This document shows positions 1-11,613 of a DNA stretch of 63,717 nt, one piece after another. The notes under the pieces are model-generated. The model searched no databases. It was not told the DNA's origin and was given only the letters and a program-made list of their open reading frames with translations. The DNA comes from Octopus bimaculoides (taxonomy: Eukaryota), in the NCBI RefSeq assembly GCF_001194135.2, contig NC_068997.1, positions 47,423,627-47,487,343 on the forward strand. The letters run 5' to 3'. Each line of letters starts with the position of its first letter. Position 1 is the first letter of the stretch. Position numbers and translations under genes: made by a program.

Positions 1-334
1 CAGCCCTGCTTCTCACATGGACAACTGTATGTTGGCTGCTCAAGAGTGGGCAGCAAAAAAAGACCTATTTGTATATGCTCCACAAGGGAAAACAAGGAAC
101 ATTGTTTACAACGAGGTGTTATAATCACAACAGCAAGAAAGTATGTACATGATCACCTTCTTTTACGAAACTTCATTGACTTTCATATATTTATATTGAT
201 ATACATATATATACGTGTGTTTGGGTGCGTGTGTGTATATACATCTCTATATATAAAGATGATGCGTAGTCTAGACGGCGTTTTCAGATTTCATTATTCT
301 CTTTAACCCGGGCAACGCCGGGTATTTCTGCTAG
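1..334 (+). mobile_element. Helitron 3' end: Pif1-like helicase C-terminus (frameshifted), terminal hairpin and CTAG
   Basis: Frame 1 gives QPCFSHGQLYVGCSRVGSKK. After a +1 shift in the A7 run (55-61) it continues DLFVYAPQGKTRNIVYNEVL* (62-124), a typical Helitron RepHel C-terminus. Hairpin CCCGG-GCAACG-CCGGG at 307-322, then CTAG 331-334 followed by T. Confidence 0.9.
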
Positions 335-744
335 TAACTGATACAATCATCAACACTAGGTTTAAAGTTACATTACGGATTAAAAATTATATTCACTAGC
401 AGAAAGACCGCCCATTAGCAGGTTTCTGTTAGTCGTTAAATAATATTTACACTTTTGATTCCCGATTTGCGTAATTTTTCTGATATGTTACGTCTAATTT
501 CCGCTTGTATCCTTTTCTTTGTCTACTAGCACTCAATTCGCTCAATAAATAAATTTAGAATTAAATTTAGAATAAATAAATTTAGCAAACACTCAAATAT
601 AGTATTAGAATTTATGAAGAAACCGGGTATTATGTTGACTTAGCCGCATAAAAATCCTCCGATTATCGTATTATCGTATTAGAAGATTTCGTGACTTGGC
701 ATGACAGGCGACTGGAATGCACACCTAATATGCTTTGAAAATAT

Positions 745-949
745 CTTTTATCATTTACATGTTTCAGTCATTAGATTGCGGCCATGCTGGGGCACCGCAT
801 TTTTAATCGAATGAATCGACCTCAGTACTCATTTTTAAGTTTGGTACTTATTCCATCAGTCTCTTTTGCCGAACCGCTAAGTTAGGCTACGTAAACATAC
901 TAACACGGGTTGTCAAGCGGTGGTGGTGGGGACAAACGCAGACATAAAG

Positions 950-1043
<94 letters not shown>

Positions 1044-1202
1044 CAGGCTTCTTTCGCTTTCCATCTACCAAATCCAATCACAAGGCTTTGGTCGGCCCGA
1101 TGCTATTGTAGAAGGTACTTGCCCAAGGTTCTACGCAGTGGAACTGAACTCAGAACTATGAGGTTGAGGCTGGGAAGCAAGCTTCTTATCACACAGTCAC
1201 AT
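745..1202 (-). mobile_element. tRNA-derived SINE, family B, with internal (CA)n
   Basis: Reverse complement matches the near-complete copies at 53858-54240 and 62830-63215 (aagaagcttgcttccca head, ccttgggcaagt, gcggttcggcaaaagagac, ccccagcatggccgca tail). Confidence 0.85.
950..1041. repeat. (CA)n microsatellite inside the SINE
   Basis: Direct perfect dinucleotide run. Confidence 0.98.
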
Positions 1203-2271
1203 AGAAAAACTTACTGTAAGTTCAAGCCTCTGATTATATGACTTACTTGCTTTGCATTAGTTTTCTTTTGGTACTCATATTTATACACTTTAGAATTAAT
1301 AACCTATATAAACCCACAATTTCAGATGTTCAGAGACATTTTTTAATTCTCGTTCATCATATGAACTACAGTAACATTACCATACCAGTCATCTCAGCAA
1401 AGGAGCTAACTATTAGGAATATATGACAGATTTCATGCTGTACTTCTTATGTTTTGTAACAGTCTCTTATAAATGTGACAAATTTATATTTGGTACATTT
1501 GATGTTAGTAATTAAAACCACTTTTCTTCTTCAGCTTTCTATTTCGTCAACAACACCTGACAAATATGAAAAAAATACTGGAATCAACATAATTTGGCTG
1601 ACGTTGGATTAAAATTATAATTTAGAGAAGTATTTTTACTGATATATTTGTAGAAAGCTTCATAAATTGTATGGAAGAGAGAGAGAACGCTAACTACCTC
1701 GCAGCCATAAAAAGTCTATCCTGCAGTGAATTAAAATTAGTTTTCTGTAGTTGAAACTTTCAATAATAAAAAGATCCTAAAGAATACATTTTAATAAAAA
1801 TATATTAAGATTAGAATTCTTAAGAATTTTCAAGACAGCGTAGTAAAAGTTACATACTCATAATAAATAAGCAGCTTTATTATAGTATAGATGGCAACAG
1901 ATACTTAATGAACAAGCTGATAGGCTTAACGAACATCATAGTTACATCAGCGATTCGACTCTGAGAGAGCGCTTCGAACTGACTTGGTGTTTATACCTAT
2001 ATGTCGACACCGAGAAATTTCCCCCATGACAAAATATGGTGAATGGGCTTACGGGATCGAATATGCCTCAAGCATATTTGAAATGGTAACAAGTGTTTAT
2101 ATGTGTGTGCGTATATATATGTGTACACATGTGTACGAGATGGTGTTGAAAGGTTCCTGGCTTTGAGTAAAAGAAAATACAGGAGGATCAGTTAATTATG
2201 ATTTTATTCATCATATTCTTCTGTCAGATTCACACACTTATTGCAGCGGTCCGGCTGTTTTTCTAAGCCCT

Positions 2272-2274
<3 letters not shown>

Positions 2275-2315
<41 letters not shown>
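2275..2315. repeat. poly(A) tract
   Basis: About 40 consecutive A. Confidence 0.97.
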
Positions 2316-2318
<3 letters not shown>

Positions 2319-2389
2319 GAAAGGTTGGACCTCCAACAAGGCTTTTCGCGACACCCTTAAAGCCAAGAACTTTTCAGCACCCTCTCGTA
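2316..2389 (-). mobile_element. Mariner-derived non-autonomous element, terminal fragment
   Basis: Reverse complement tacgagagggtgctgaaaagttcttggctttaaggg matches the copy at 26330; TACGAGGG-type mariner terminus. Confidence 0.65.
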
Positions 2390-2539
2390 GGTATTGTTAA
2401 TTAGTCATTAAGTGTCTTAATGCATTACATTATGCTACATTATATTCAGCGCGTGGTAGGTTTTTCGTATTATTTCTATTGTCGTCATCCTTAACTATTG
2501 TCTAGGGTGCGGCGGTGATGGTGCCAGCTATTTATATTT

Positions 2540-2915
2540 GGAGTGTGGTGGTGCGTTCTTCCATTCATACTTTCTGTTGAAGGACTGGATGCGGTTCCGT
2601 TTTGCTTCTAGCTGTGCTATTGCGCCTGTCTCTTGTCTAAATGTTAGAACATGTGACTGTAAGGAAAGGATTTTTATTTCGATGCTGAATATCACTCTGC
2701 CGTGTTCATCTGTGGCATGGTGGAAGAGTGCGGATGTCAATCCCTTTTCGATGTTCTCTCTTCAAACTGAAAGGTCATGTCTGGAAAGCTGTTCGTTATA
2801 GGTCTTCTCGATTAGTGAAGACACGGGAATTAAGCAACAACAAGAAGGTACATTCGAATCAGCCGTCAATAGTAAACCTTTTGCTCGATCCGAAAGAGTG
2901 TCCACATGGTCACGC
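2540..2915 (-). mobile_element. Decayed RTE-clade LINE, 3' part of ORF
   Basis: Minus-strand peptides DHVDTLSDRAKGLLL, NEQLSRHDLSV*RENIEKG and AIAQLEAKRNR resemble RTE motifs GHVxRMxDxRxxKxLL and WExLAxDRSxWRxxIxKG...RIxxxExKR. Confidence 0.5.
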
Positions 2916-4129
2916 GACCTGCTGGAAATAGCAACTTAATAACCTTCTAATCATAAAAAGACATGATACATTGAGCAACGTCGTTTTAGGATTACCGGTT
3001 ATTCGTGAATGATACTCCTTTGGTCATAGATCTGCTTCATCAGGATTGAATTGTAGACAATATCTATAGCTCCAATCGTAAACTGTTCTGTTAGCAGCTC
3101 AAATCGAAATCTATTACCTAGGAAGGCCATAGGTGTACAGCAAAGACGCCACGCGTCTCTCTCCATGTTTCCTGAGCAAGACTTCGAAGCCAGGAGCTCA
3201 CAGCGGACTCTTGTCCCGCTGCGATACCACATGCATTGTCTCCAAAGGTTATTGAACCTCACGTGTATGGGAGAGAAGGCTAACTACACACTGCTGTGAA
3301 GATGATTACTGAAAGCAAAACCCTTGTACGAAGCACCAGTGAATAAACGGTTATTGAATTTACTCCGCCTGAGAACTTCGTTCTTCGTATTCCCAACTCC
3401 TTGAATCAACAGAATAATTATAATGGAAGAAGATACTCCAAAAGTATCATAAAAACCTTCCTTCCATCACAACAGAAATATTTAGTGAAACATTTCCTAA
3501 TGTTTGTGATATTTAATAATGAGGGAAACTGTGTGTCGGATTACTTATTTGGTTAAAAATAAATGTTATAATAGCTGCCTAGTAAGTATATATATACACA
3601 CATGAGTGGTTGCATCTATACATCTTGCCATTTAATAGCTTTTTAATGGGTCATGCCTATGAGTATCAACAACATGTTACAATTCAGTTTATATTTCAGT
3701 AAGATCATAATATCAATTCAAGTCAAAATATACTCTCACTGCATTTAAGTATCAACACTGTGTGTGTGTTAGGAGAAACGCTGTTTAAATATTTACTTGA
3801 TAGCTCTTAAATTTGTTGGAAGGAAATCTAGATTGTGCAGCGTAAATTTTTAATAAAATCTAAGAAGCAGGTAGACTGATTATTTGTTATTTATTTTATT
3901 TCAATGGAATATGTGAACAGCTAAATGAGTCAAGAAGGGATTCTGGTTACTCTAGTTGCTAGAAACAGCAGCAGAAATTCACTCAAGTTGGATCTTGTCT
4001 ATAGCAAAGATGAAATAGTGATGGCTAGCTCTGGGATCAGGTGTAAGATGACAGCACGGAACGTCAAGGCTACCTGCATTCGAAAAATGCTTTTAGTAAG
4101 TTTATCTATATCAATCCTTAAGGCTTTGA

Positions 4130-4300
4130 GCTTAGCGGCATTTCTTCCATCTTCTCGTTCTGAGTTCAAATTCCACCGAGGTTCACTTTGTTTTTCATCC
4201 TTTCGGGGTCGATAAAATAAGTACCAGTTGACTACTTGGGTCGACGTAATCGACTTATCCCCTCCCCCGAAATTGCTGGTCTTGTACCAAAATTTGAAAT
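4130..4300 (+). mobile_element. SINE family A, 5' truncated
   Basis: Core gttctgagttcaaattccaccgagg...tttcatcctttcggggtcgataaaataagtaccag is shared with many copies in the window. Confidence 0.85.
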
Positions 4301-6781
4301 TAGTATATCTATATCAACCCGACCTTATTCTATTAAGTCCTGTTTGTTGTCACATATAGCTGATATATCGCAAACTTTATTTCAAATCTGTCACCTGTTT
4401 TAATATCATCACCTAACTTTGGGTACCTTTCTCGAAGTCTAGGTCTTTGTGGATAATCCTTAAGTTGTAGTTTCTTTCTCACTATCCATCCACCAGTCTC
4501 GGTGGCCATGCAAAAAGATCATACCAAACTATAAAATATAAAAAAAAAGGAAGGAAGAAAAGAAAGTTCATGAAAGCTTTCCCCTCTTATCACCTATTCG
4601 AACTAATTTCTTCGGCAACTATACTTGAGAAATTCACATCAGTATTTCCAGGCCGGCATTAAAAAAATGCAAAAAAAACCTTGGGTCTTCTCTAGCGCCC
4701 AAACTTACTTTAGAAGTGAACAGTATTTAACCCTTTACAGAATATAATAGTTGAACATTGACATAACTTCTTGTATTCTGGACTGTATTCAGAGAAATTG
4801 CTCATTCAACAAACAACTAGACTGCTTAAATATTAATCTGTCGTTGAACCACGTCTTTCTTAGTTTTCCGCGCTTATTGGTGAACATTCACCTATTCTCG
4901 CAACCTTGACTTTCTTCATTGCTATAATCTTACTAAATAATATGTGTAACCTTTTCTTCTTATAACTGATTCATTTTAAAATTGCTGATTTAAGCATCCC
5001 GAAAAAAATAATAAACGTAGGTAAAATCTGAAATCTGAGAAAAAACTGATGATGACATACGCCGGTTAGAATTCGTCAATGGGAGAGTTTCTCTAAGAAT
5101 TTGGTAATTTCAGCTGTTGTGAGTAAAAATATAGCGTTTCGTGTCCAGCCATGTCTTTCATATAGGAGTGAGAGAGAGAGAGAAACAGCTGATGTCATTT
5201 GGATTATTAGTAGCAAACCATAAAGGAACTGAAGTAAGGCGTAGTAAAGGCAGTGGAGACGAAAGCTGAGAGGGACAGACTGGTGGCAGGAGTAGCTCAG
5301 ACAAGTGTGGGGTGTGTAGGGAACGACAACAAGAAGGAAAGTAAAAAAAGAGTCACTACTTCAGCCAGACAATGGTGAAAGGTGGGATTCAAGTAAGGAG
5401 AAGCAGGAGGAACGGTGACAAAGAGCAGGCACACTTAGTAAGAGAGGCGCTGAAGCATATTGTTAATCTGGAATTGTCAAATAATTCAATCGTTAATAGT
5501 AAGCGTGCAAAATACCGTCATTTACACACACACATCTATCTGTCTGTCTGTCTGTCTATCAATATAGCCACACTCAAACATATTGTCCGTAGGAGTTTGC
5601 ACATACATACACGCCTATATGCATATCTGCATACATAAACACAATTATAAATTACGGAATGTTCTTAATCTGAAATTGTCGAATGGTTTGGTCATTAACT
5701 GTAAGCATGCAAAAATACCTCATTCACAGGCATACACACGCACACACATACATACATACATACATACATACATACATGCATACGTATATAACGATATCTA
5801 CATAGGAGTTTTCACATACGTACCAGCTTATATACACATCTGCAAACTTATACACAATGTAGATGAGGAACAATGTAGTTATGTTCATGTTTGGCACTTG
5901 TTTTACGTATGTATTGTATTTGTGCTTTGATAGTTATTATGCACGTGGCTACATATTTCGGAATAACCTTGGGAAAATATTTTTTAGTAAAGCCAAATAA
6001 ACTTTGTAATTCTATCGGCTATAAACCCTCAATACGCATAGTAGCATTGCCTGTTGTGCAGTTTTAATTAGGATTAATACCAAACACTTCGCTGACTTGC
6101 AGTTGTTATCTCAGAGCTTGCGTGTGTTCGCGCGTGCATGTGTGCGCGTGCGTTTAGGAGGACCAAATTTAATTAGGAGAAAATATAAATACGGAATCCA
6201 AATTCGGGTCTACTTCTTTCCCTTGACCCTTCACTAAAAGAGCACATCTGTCCGTTTCTTATTTCACGTATGGCTTGTCACTGCGCGACAAACACAGCTC
6301 TCTCCTCGCTACTTGTCAACACAGAGAGGTAATTTTTTTAACCCTTTCTCTCTCTTTCTTTCATTCATTCTTCTAGCAGTTAACAAAAGATGACGTTAAC
6401 TAACTACTGAAAGGATAACAGAACTAAAAATAATCTGTGTACAAGACCAGCTCGAAGTTGTATCTTGAATTATAACGATGAAAATAATGGGCCATTTCAA
6501 CAAATAATATTTTCTTTCCATTTCTTTACAACATACAAATCGTTACATATTAAGAACCTTCCAATTCAAACTCAAATGAATATAGTTTGCTAAAAAAAGA
6601 TATTGCCCTCTTCGATTTGTTTCTATGTAGTCTCAACACTTCCGCAAATAAATACAATAAATTGTTCAAATTGAGAGTAGTTTCAGGAATTCGTCTTATT
6701 ATTTACAGATCCATTCCTATCATTTCTGCTATTGTTGCTTAGCTCAGTGTAGGCTATGCTGCTGAGTACTGTCATGTGGAA

Positions 6782-6832
6782 CAGTGGTTCTCAACCAGGG
6801 TCCATATGACCCTTGGTGGGGTCCATATAAGG
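6782..6832 (+). mobile_element. hAT-type MITE terminal fragment
   Basis: Begins CAGTGGTTCTCAACC, a Charlie/hAT-like TIR; the same end occurs inverted at 13548-13601. Confidence 0.6.
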
Positions 6833-6880
6833 TTCTGTTGTTAAAATTTATGCGCACTTAATTGGTTCATACTTCTACAG

Positions 6881-7823
6881 TGTGAAGGCGCATGACTCAG
6901 TGGTTAGTGCGTCGGGCTTACAACCATAGGATCTTTTTTAAAACGGGGGCCACATTTTTCATTAACGAAACACTTTGAAACTTGGAACACTGGTAGAATG
7001 TGTCATATAAAACATCTTTTTCTCTTAGTCTTCTTAAAAAAAAAAGAAATCCATAAATTATTCCATGTTAAAGTTGTCGTATTTCTGTAATTTCAACCAA
7101 TCACTGACGTCCATTCAGCCGATGTACATTAAGTGCCGACTACATAAACAAACGATTTTGAAACAATTAGCCCTAACCCTAACCCTAACTATAACCCTAA
7201 CCCTAACCCTAGAGTTAGGGTTAAAGCAAATTTAAAATGAAAAAAGCAAATAAAACGAAGGTATGGAGATTAAATACGCTTTACACCGCTTAATGAGCCA
7301 AAGGAGTAAATGTAAACAACTGAATACTTGTCAGTGATTGGTTGAAATTATCGAAATAAGACAATTTTTTACATGAAATAAATTCGAATACAAAAATATT
7401 TTTCTGTTCTATAACACAAAATAGATAAGTATACGAAGTTTGAAAGTCTTTCGTTACCAAAAACACTACGTAAAACATTAATGAAAAATGTGGCCCCCGT
7501 TTTAAAAAAGATCCCAACCATGAGGTAGTGAGTCCGATTCCGAGACAGGGCTGTGTGTTATGTTCTTAAGCAAGACACTTTAATTTCATGTTGCTCCAGT
7601 TCACCAGTTATAGAAATGATTTGCGACGTCACTGATGCCAAATTGTATCGGCCTTTGCCTTCCCTTTGGATAATATCGATAGTGTGGAGAGGGGAGGCTT
7701 GTATGCATGGGCGACTGCTGGTCTTCCATAAACAACCTTGCCCGGACTTGTGCCTCGGAGGGTAACTTTCTAAGTGCAATCCCTTGGTCATTCATGACCG
7801 AAGGGGGTCTTTACTCTTTTTTT
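6881..7823 (+). mobile_element. tRNA-headed SINE, family D, split by a DNA transposon insertion
   Basis: Head tgtgaaggcgcatgactcagtggttagtgcgtcgggcttacaaccat resumes at 7515 (caaccatgaggtagtgagtccgattcc, B-box-like). The body continues to gggggtctttactctttttt. Confidence 0.75.
6929..7514. mobile_element. Non-autonomous DNA transposon (GG termini, 8-bp TSD, Merlin-like) with central telomeric repeats, copy 1
   Basis: Perfect 37-bp TIRs 6929-6965 / 7478-7514 (GGATCTTTTTTAAAACGGGGGCCACATTTTTCATTAA). TSD caaccata/caaccatg. (CCCTAA)n...TTAGGG at 7171-7223. Confidence 0.9.
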
Positions 7824-8589
7824 CCTGCAATATACAAAATAATCTAAGAATTTGTTTAATACAATTCCTAATATTATTTAATTATAAAAATATAATAGGA
7901 ATTTTTTTTATACATCGAATAGCTATGCGAGGCCACCAGAGTAAAATAAGAACCAAAATAAGGGACGAAGGGCACTCACATATATTATATCAGTGTTATT
8001 GAGAGACGGCAGAAACACATAGCTTCAAACTGTGGTCCTGCCAAAGCTTAAAAAGAAAGGGAGATTTCTGGCGCGACTTCATGAAATGCATCTCGGTCGC
8101 GGTCACTTGAAGAAGAAATTCGAGAAACTGCAGATATTTATCTGAAGAATGTTATTAAAAATGACATAAATATTTAACAAGAAGAGCAACTAGTTATATA
8201 TGAATTATGAGTGAGAGAGGGAATGATGCGTCAGCAATAAATTCACAGCAGTTGTGTTTTTAGTATTTGGATGTCTAAAGAGATATTGTAATAGTAGATA
8301 AGCCTTGAAAGGGTGCTCGTGTACGCAAACAGGGAAATAGGAATATGCGTGTTTTGTTATTGAAAGCAGAGAGAAATAAGTCTCTTATCCCTCTGCACAA
8401 CTTCCCCAGCTTGCTACTGTTTTCTAGTTCTCTATAACACTTGTTGCAGCCTAACTAGTTCTCACGATTAATTCTGGAGATTCTATTGCATTTAATATGT
8501 TGACTCGTGTGCGAGTATGTTTGCTTGGAAAAAAAAGGGCATATATACATTGCTAAATACACAAATTGCAAATACGCAATATGTGTATG

Positions 8590-8630
8590 TAGGTATCTAT
8601 GTATAGATGTATACGTGTTTATGTGTGTGT

Positions 8631-8706
<76 letters not shown>

Positions 8707-8833
8707 GTGTGTGTGTATGTATATATATGTGTGTGTGTATGTATATATATGTGTGTGTGTGTATGTATGTATATATATATGTGTGTGTGTGTGTGTGTAT
8801 GTATATATATATTTGTGTGTGTGTATGTATGTA

Positions 8834-8866
<33 letters not shown>

Positions 8867-8874
8867 TATGTATA

Positions 8875-8955
<81 letters not shown>

Positions 8956-9030
8956 ACACACATATATATGTATAAGTATGTGCACATGTACACCTCACAC
9001 ACACATACACACATATATGCGACATGTTAA
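8590..9030. repeat. Compound (TA)n/(TG)n/(TATG)n microsatellite
   Basis: Direct; it generates the YI/CV/TH ORFs in the track. Confidence 0.97.
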
Positions 9031-10239
9031 GACATGTTTATAAAATTTATATGTATACACATGTATTATAATTATAGATGTATTTATATGTTAGCATTAT
9101 ACACACATGTTAAAAATAACGATGCATTCAGTTATTTATATTGATATAAAATTTCTGTACACATATGTTGGAGTGGATTCTGTCACCAGAGCAAAGATGT
9201 GGAATTGCAAAAATAGAAACAAACAAAAATAGAAACATCAAGTAATAAAATATTTAAAAAATCATGTACAAAACCAGCATCAAGTTGGTACAAGTCTGAT
9301 AATATATCATCTGTTTCAAGTCGTATTTTGATTGTAATAGTGTTTACTATTTATGAATCACTTAAACTCTAGTCTTTTTTAGCTACTACTCTTAGTATAC
9401 TATATTTTTTTTTACTTCATATGAGTTTAATTTTACTGATATCCTATGGCGTTACAGATACTATTAAATTTTGCAAGATTTAAATGTGGACAAGCGGCAT
9501 GTGAATTTAAATTTCCCCAAAGCTGAATTTGCGCTCTAGTTTTGATTATATTTTCGTGCCTTAGGTAATTACTTCTCTCGGGGACAGGATACAGACCACC
9601 AATGGGGTTGTGGAAATTATAAAGTGGTGAACATATTACAATGTTTAATAAGATTGAGATGGTTTTTAAATTCGTCCATCACCATGGCACTGAAAGAAGA
9701 AATTATATAGATTCAAACTCTGTCTTAATAAAAACAAAAAGTGGGAAGGACAAGTTTTTTTTTTTTTTTTGTAAAGAAGGGAGAGGCTGACATTCTTGAG
9801 TTTCAGAACCATTATCTGGGATCACTAATGCTTTCAGATATGAATGACATCACCACTTTGGATTTACCTCCTGTAAAATAAGTCAGGTTTTATGCTCGTG
9901 TAATGAAAGGCTATTGAAATGTGGTGGTCAGGGGAAATGCGGCTGTACATCCTCGAGATGAAATGAGTCGCTAATTTTATGTGGTTCATTGATTGAGAAA
10001 AGCAGAATGGTTATAACAAGTTCAGTAATGAAGTCACCTTAAAGTTTCAACTGAAATCGAATATAATATATCAGCCCATTAACTTTTTTTGAAACCACTG
10101 TTGTAAACTAACAAGAACGAAACTGCAATAACAATTCTTTGAAGTACCAGCACCACTGCACTGAAACAATAACAACACTACGACAGACAAGAACACAATT
10201 GCAGATAAAACTTGTAACTGCCATCAGATAAATTTTGCA

Positions 10240-11205
10240 GTTAATTGGGGAAACAATTGAATGCTGGGACAAGTTGTGGATGTGTAGCATAAACATTCAC
10301 TTGAAGCAATACTACAGTACTACAACTAAAATATCCTTGAATAATAAAACTGTCAGCTCACGAGCCAAGAAGACCCAACGTGACAATAATGGCACTATAA
10401 GGTGTTTGATGAATAATCAAGGGAACTTGGTAAACGAACCCGGGGAGATGTGTAAGGTCTTTCAGGAGCATTTCACCCTGCTTTTCGGGAGGGGCAGCGG
10501 GCCAGAATGGAGGAGGGATCTCACAAACTTCCTCGCTGGCGTGCCGCGTCACTCTGGGCAGGAAGCGGAGTGCTGTGAGGGGGACGATCACAACTGCAGA
10601 GGTGCAGGAGGCTTTGTCGGACTGCAGCGGGAACAAGTCGCCGGGACTAGATGGTCTCCCCTACGAGCTTTATAACAATATGCCAGACTTGTTCGGGCAC
10701 CTACTGGCATGCGTCTTCACCAACTGGCAGCAGAACGAGTTTATACACAGATCTGTGAGCCAGGGAGTGGTGATGCTGCGCAGAAAGGACCTGAAAGCGG
10801 CAAGCTGGCAGAAACGTTAGCGCGCTGGGCGAAATGCTTAACAGTATTTCGTCTGCCGTTACGTTCTCAGTTCAAATTCCGCCGCGGTCGACTTTGTCTT
10901 TCATCCTTTCGGGGTCGATAAATTAAGTACCAGTTACGCACTGGGTCGATGTAATCGACTTAATCCGTTTGTCTGTCCTTGTTTGTCCCCTCTATGTTTA
11001 GCCCCTTGTGGGCAATAAAGAAATAAGAAAGGACCCGAACAAGGGGTATATTATAGATAATTTCAGGCCCATCACTCTTCTTAACGGAGTGTTGAAGATT
11101 TTGGTCAAGGTGTTAGCAAAAAGGTTGGCACATGTCGTGGGTGGAATCGTCGAGGAGGTACAAACTTGTGCCGTTCCTGGCAAATCCATACACGACAATC
11201 TCCAC
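10240..11205 (+). mobile_element. Tx1/L1-like LINE ORF2 remnant (pre-RT and RT N-terminal part)
   Basis: Peptides MCKVFQEHFTLLF, ITTAEVQEALSDCSGNKSPGLDGLPYELY and RKD|PNKGYIIDNFRPITLLNGVLKILVKVLAKRL...QTCAVPGKSIHDNLH; frameshifts; interrupted by a SINE. Confidence 0.9.
10792..11025 (+). mobile_element. Full-length SINE family A inserted in the LINE
   Basis: 10-bp TSD agaaaggacc at 10782-10791 and 11026-11035; removing the insert restores R-K-D-P-N-K-G. Confidence 0.92.
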
Positions 11206-11613
11206 GAAAAACTGCTACTAATCCGTCTTAGACTGATCAACAGAAGAGGGCCAATATTCTTCATGACAATGCTTGACCACACATTTCCCAAATGATGCTC
11301 CAGAAGTTCGGGGAACTTGGCAACGAAGTTCTTCTCCCCCCAGCTTATTTCACAGACCTTTCCCTTACCGACTACCATTTCTTCAAGCACCTTGATTGTT
11401 TCCTGCGAGAGAAGGAGTTCAAAAATCAAGCCGATGCTGAAAGTGCGTTCAAAGAGTTCGCCAGCACCGGAATAAACAAACCTGTAACTCATTGGCAAAA
11501 ATGTGCTGATCGTAATGGTACTTACTTTGATGAATGAAATTTCCGCATTGTTGAAGTATATTGCGATGAATTTCATGTTTCAAAACGTTACTTACTTCTT
11601 ACTCAGTCTAATA
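11206..11613 (+). mobile_element. Mariner (Hsmar1/cecropia-like) transposase 3' remnant with right TIR
   Basis: LINRRGPI..HDNA, EVLLPPAYFTDLSLTDYHFFKHLD and WQKCADRNGTYFDE* match the mariner YSPDL..DYHFF..LD and WQKCVD.NG.YFD motifs. Ends acttacttcttactcagtctaa-TA. Confidence 0.9.

Noticed and set aside
3925-4215. 96-aa ORF, and a DSGYSS phosphodegron-like peptide in another frame
   Set aside because: The ORF ends inside a SINE and has no recognisable domain; the DSGYSS frame stops immediately afterwards.
6184-6335. TATA box (tataaata) plus possible first exon ending ag|gtaatt
   Set aside because: Such motifs are expected by chance in AT-rich DNA, and no downstream coding exons could be linked.
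7171-7223. True chromosome end or telomere fusion site
   Set aside because: The telomeric hexamers are few and lie inside a TSD-flanked transposon present twice in the window.
9780-9880. Possible minus-strand terminal exon (ttttacag|GGKSKVVMSFISESISDPR*)
   Set aside because: The acceptor is plausible, but there is no recognisable homology and no upstream exon was found.
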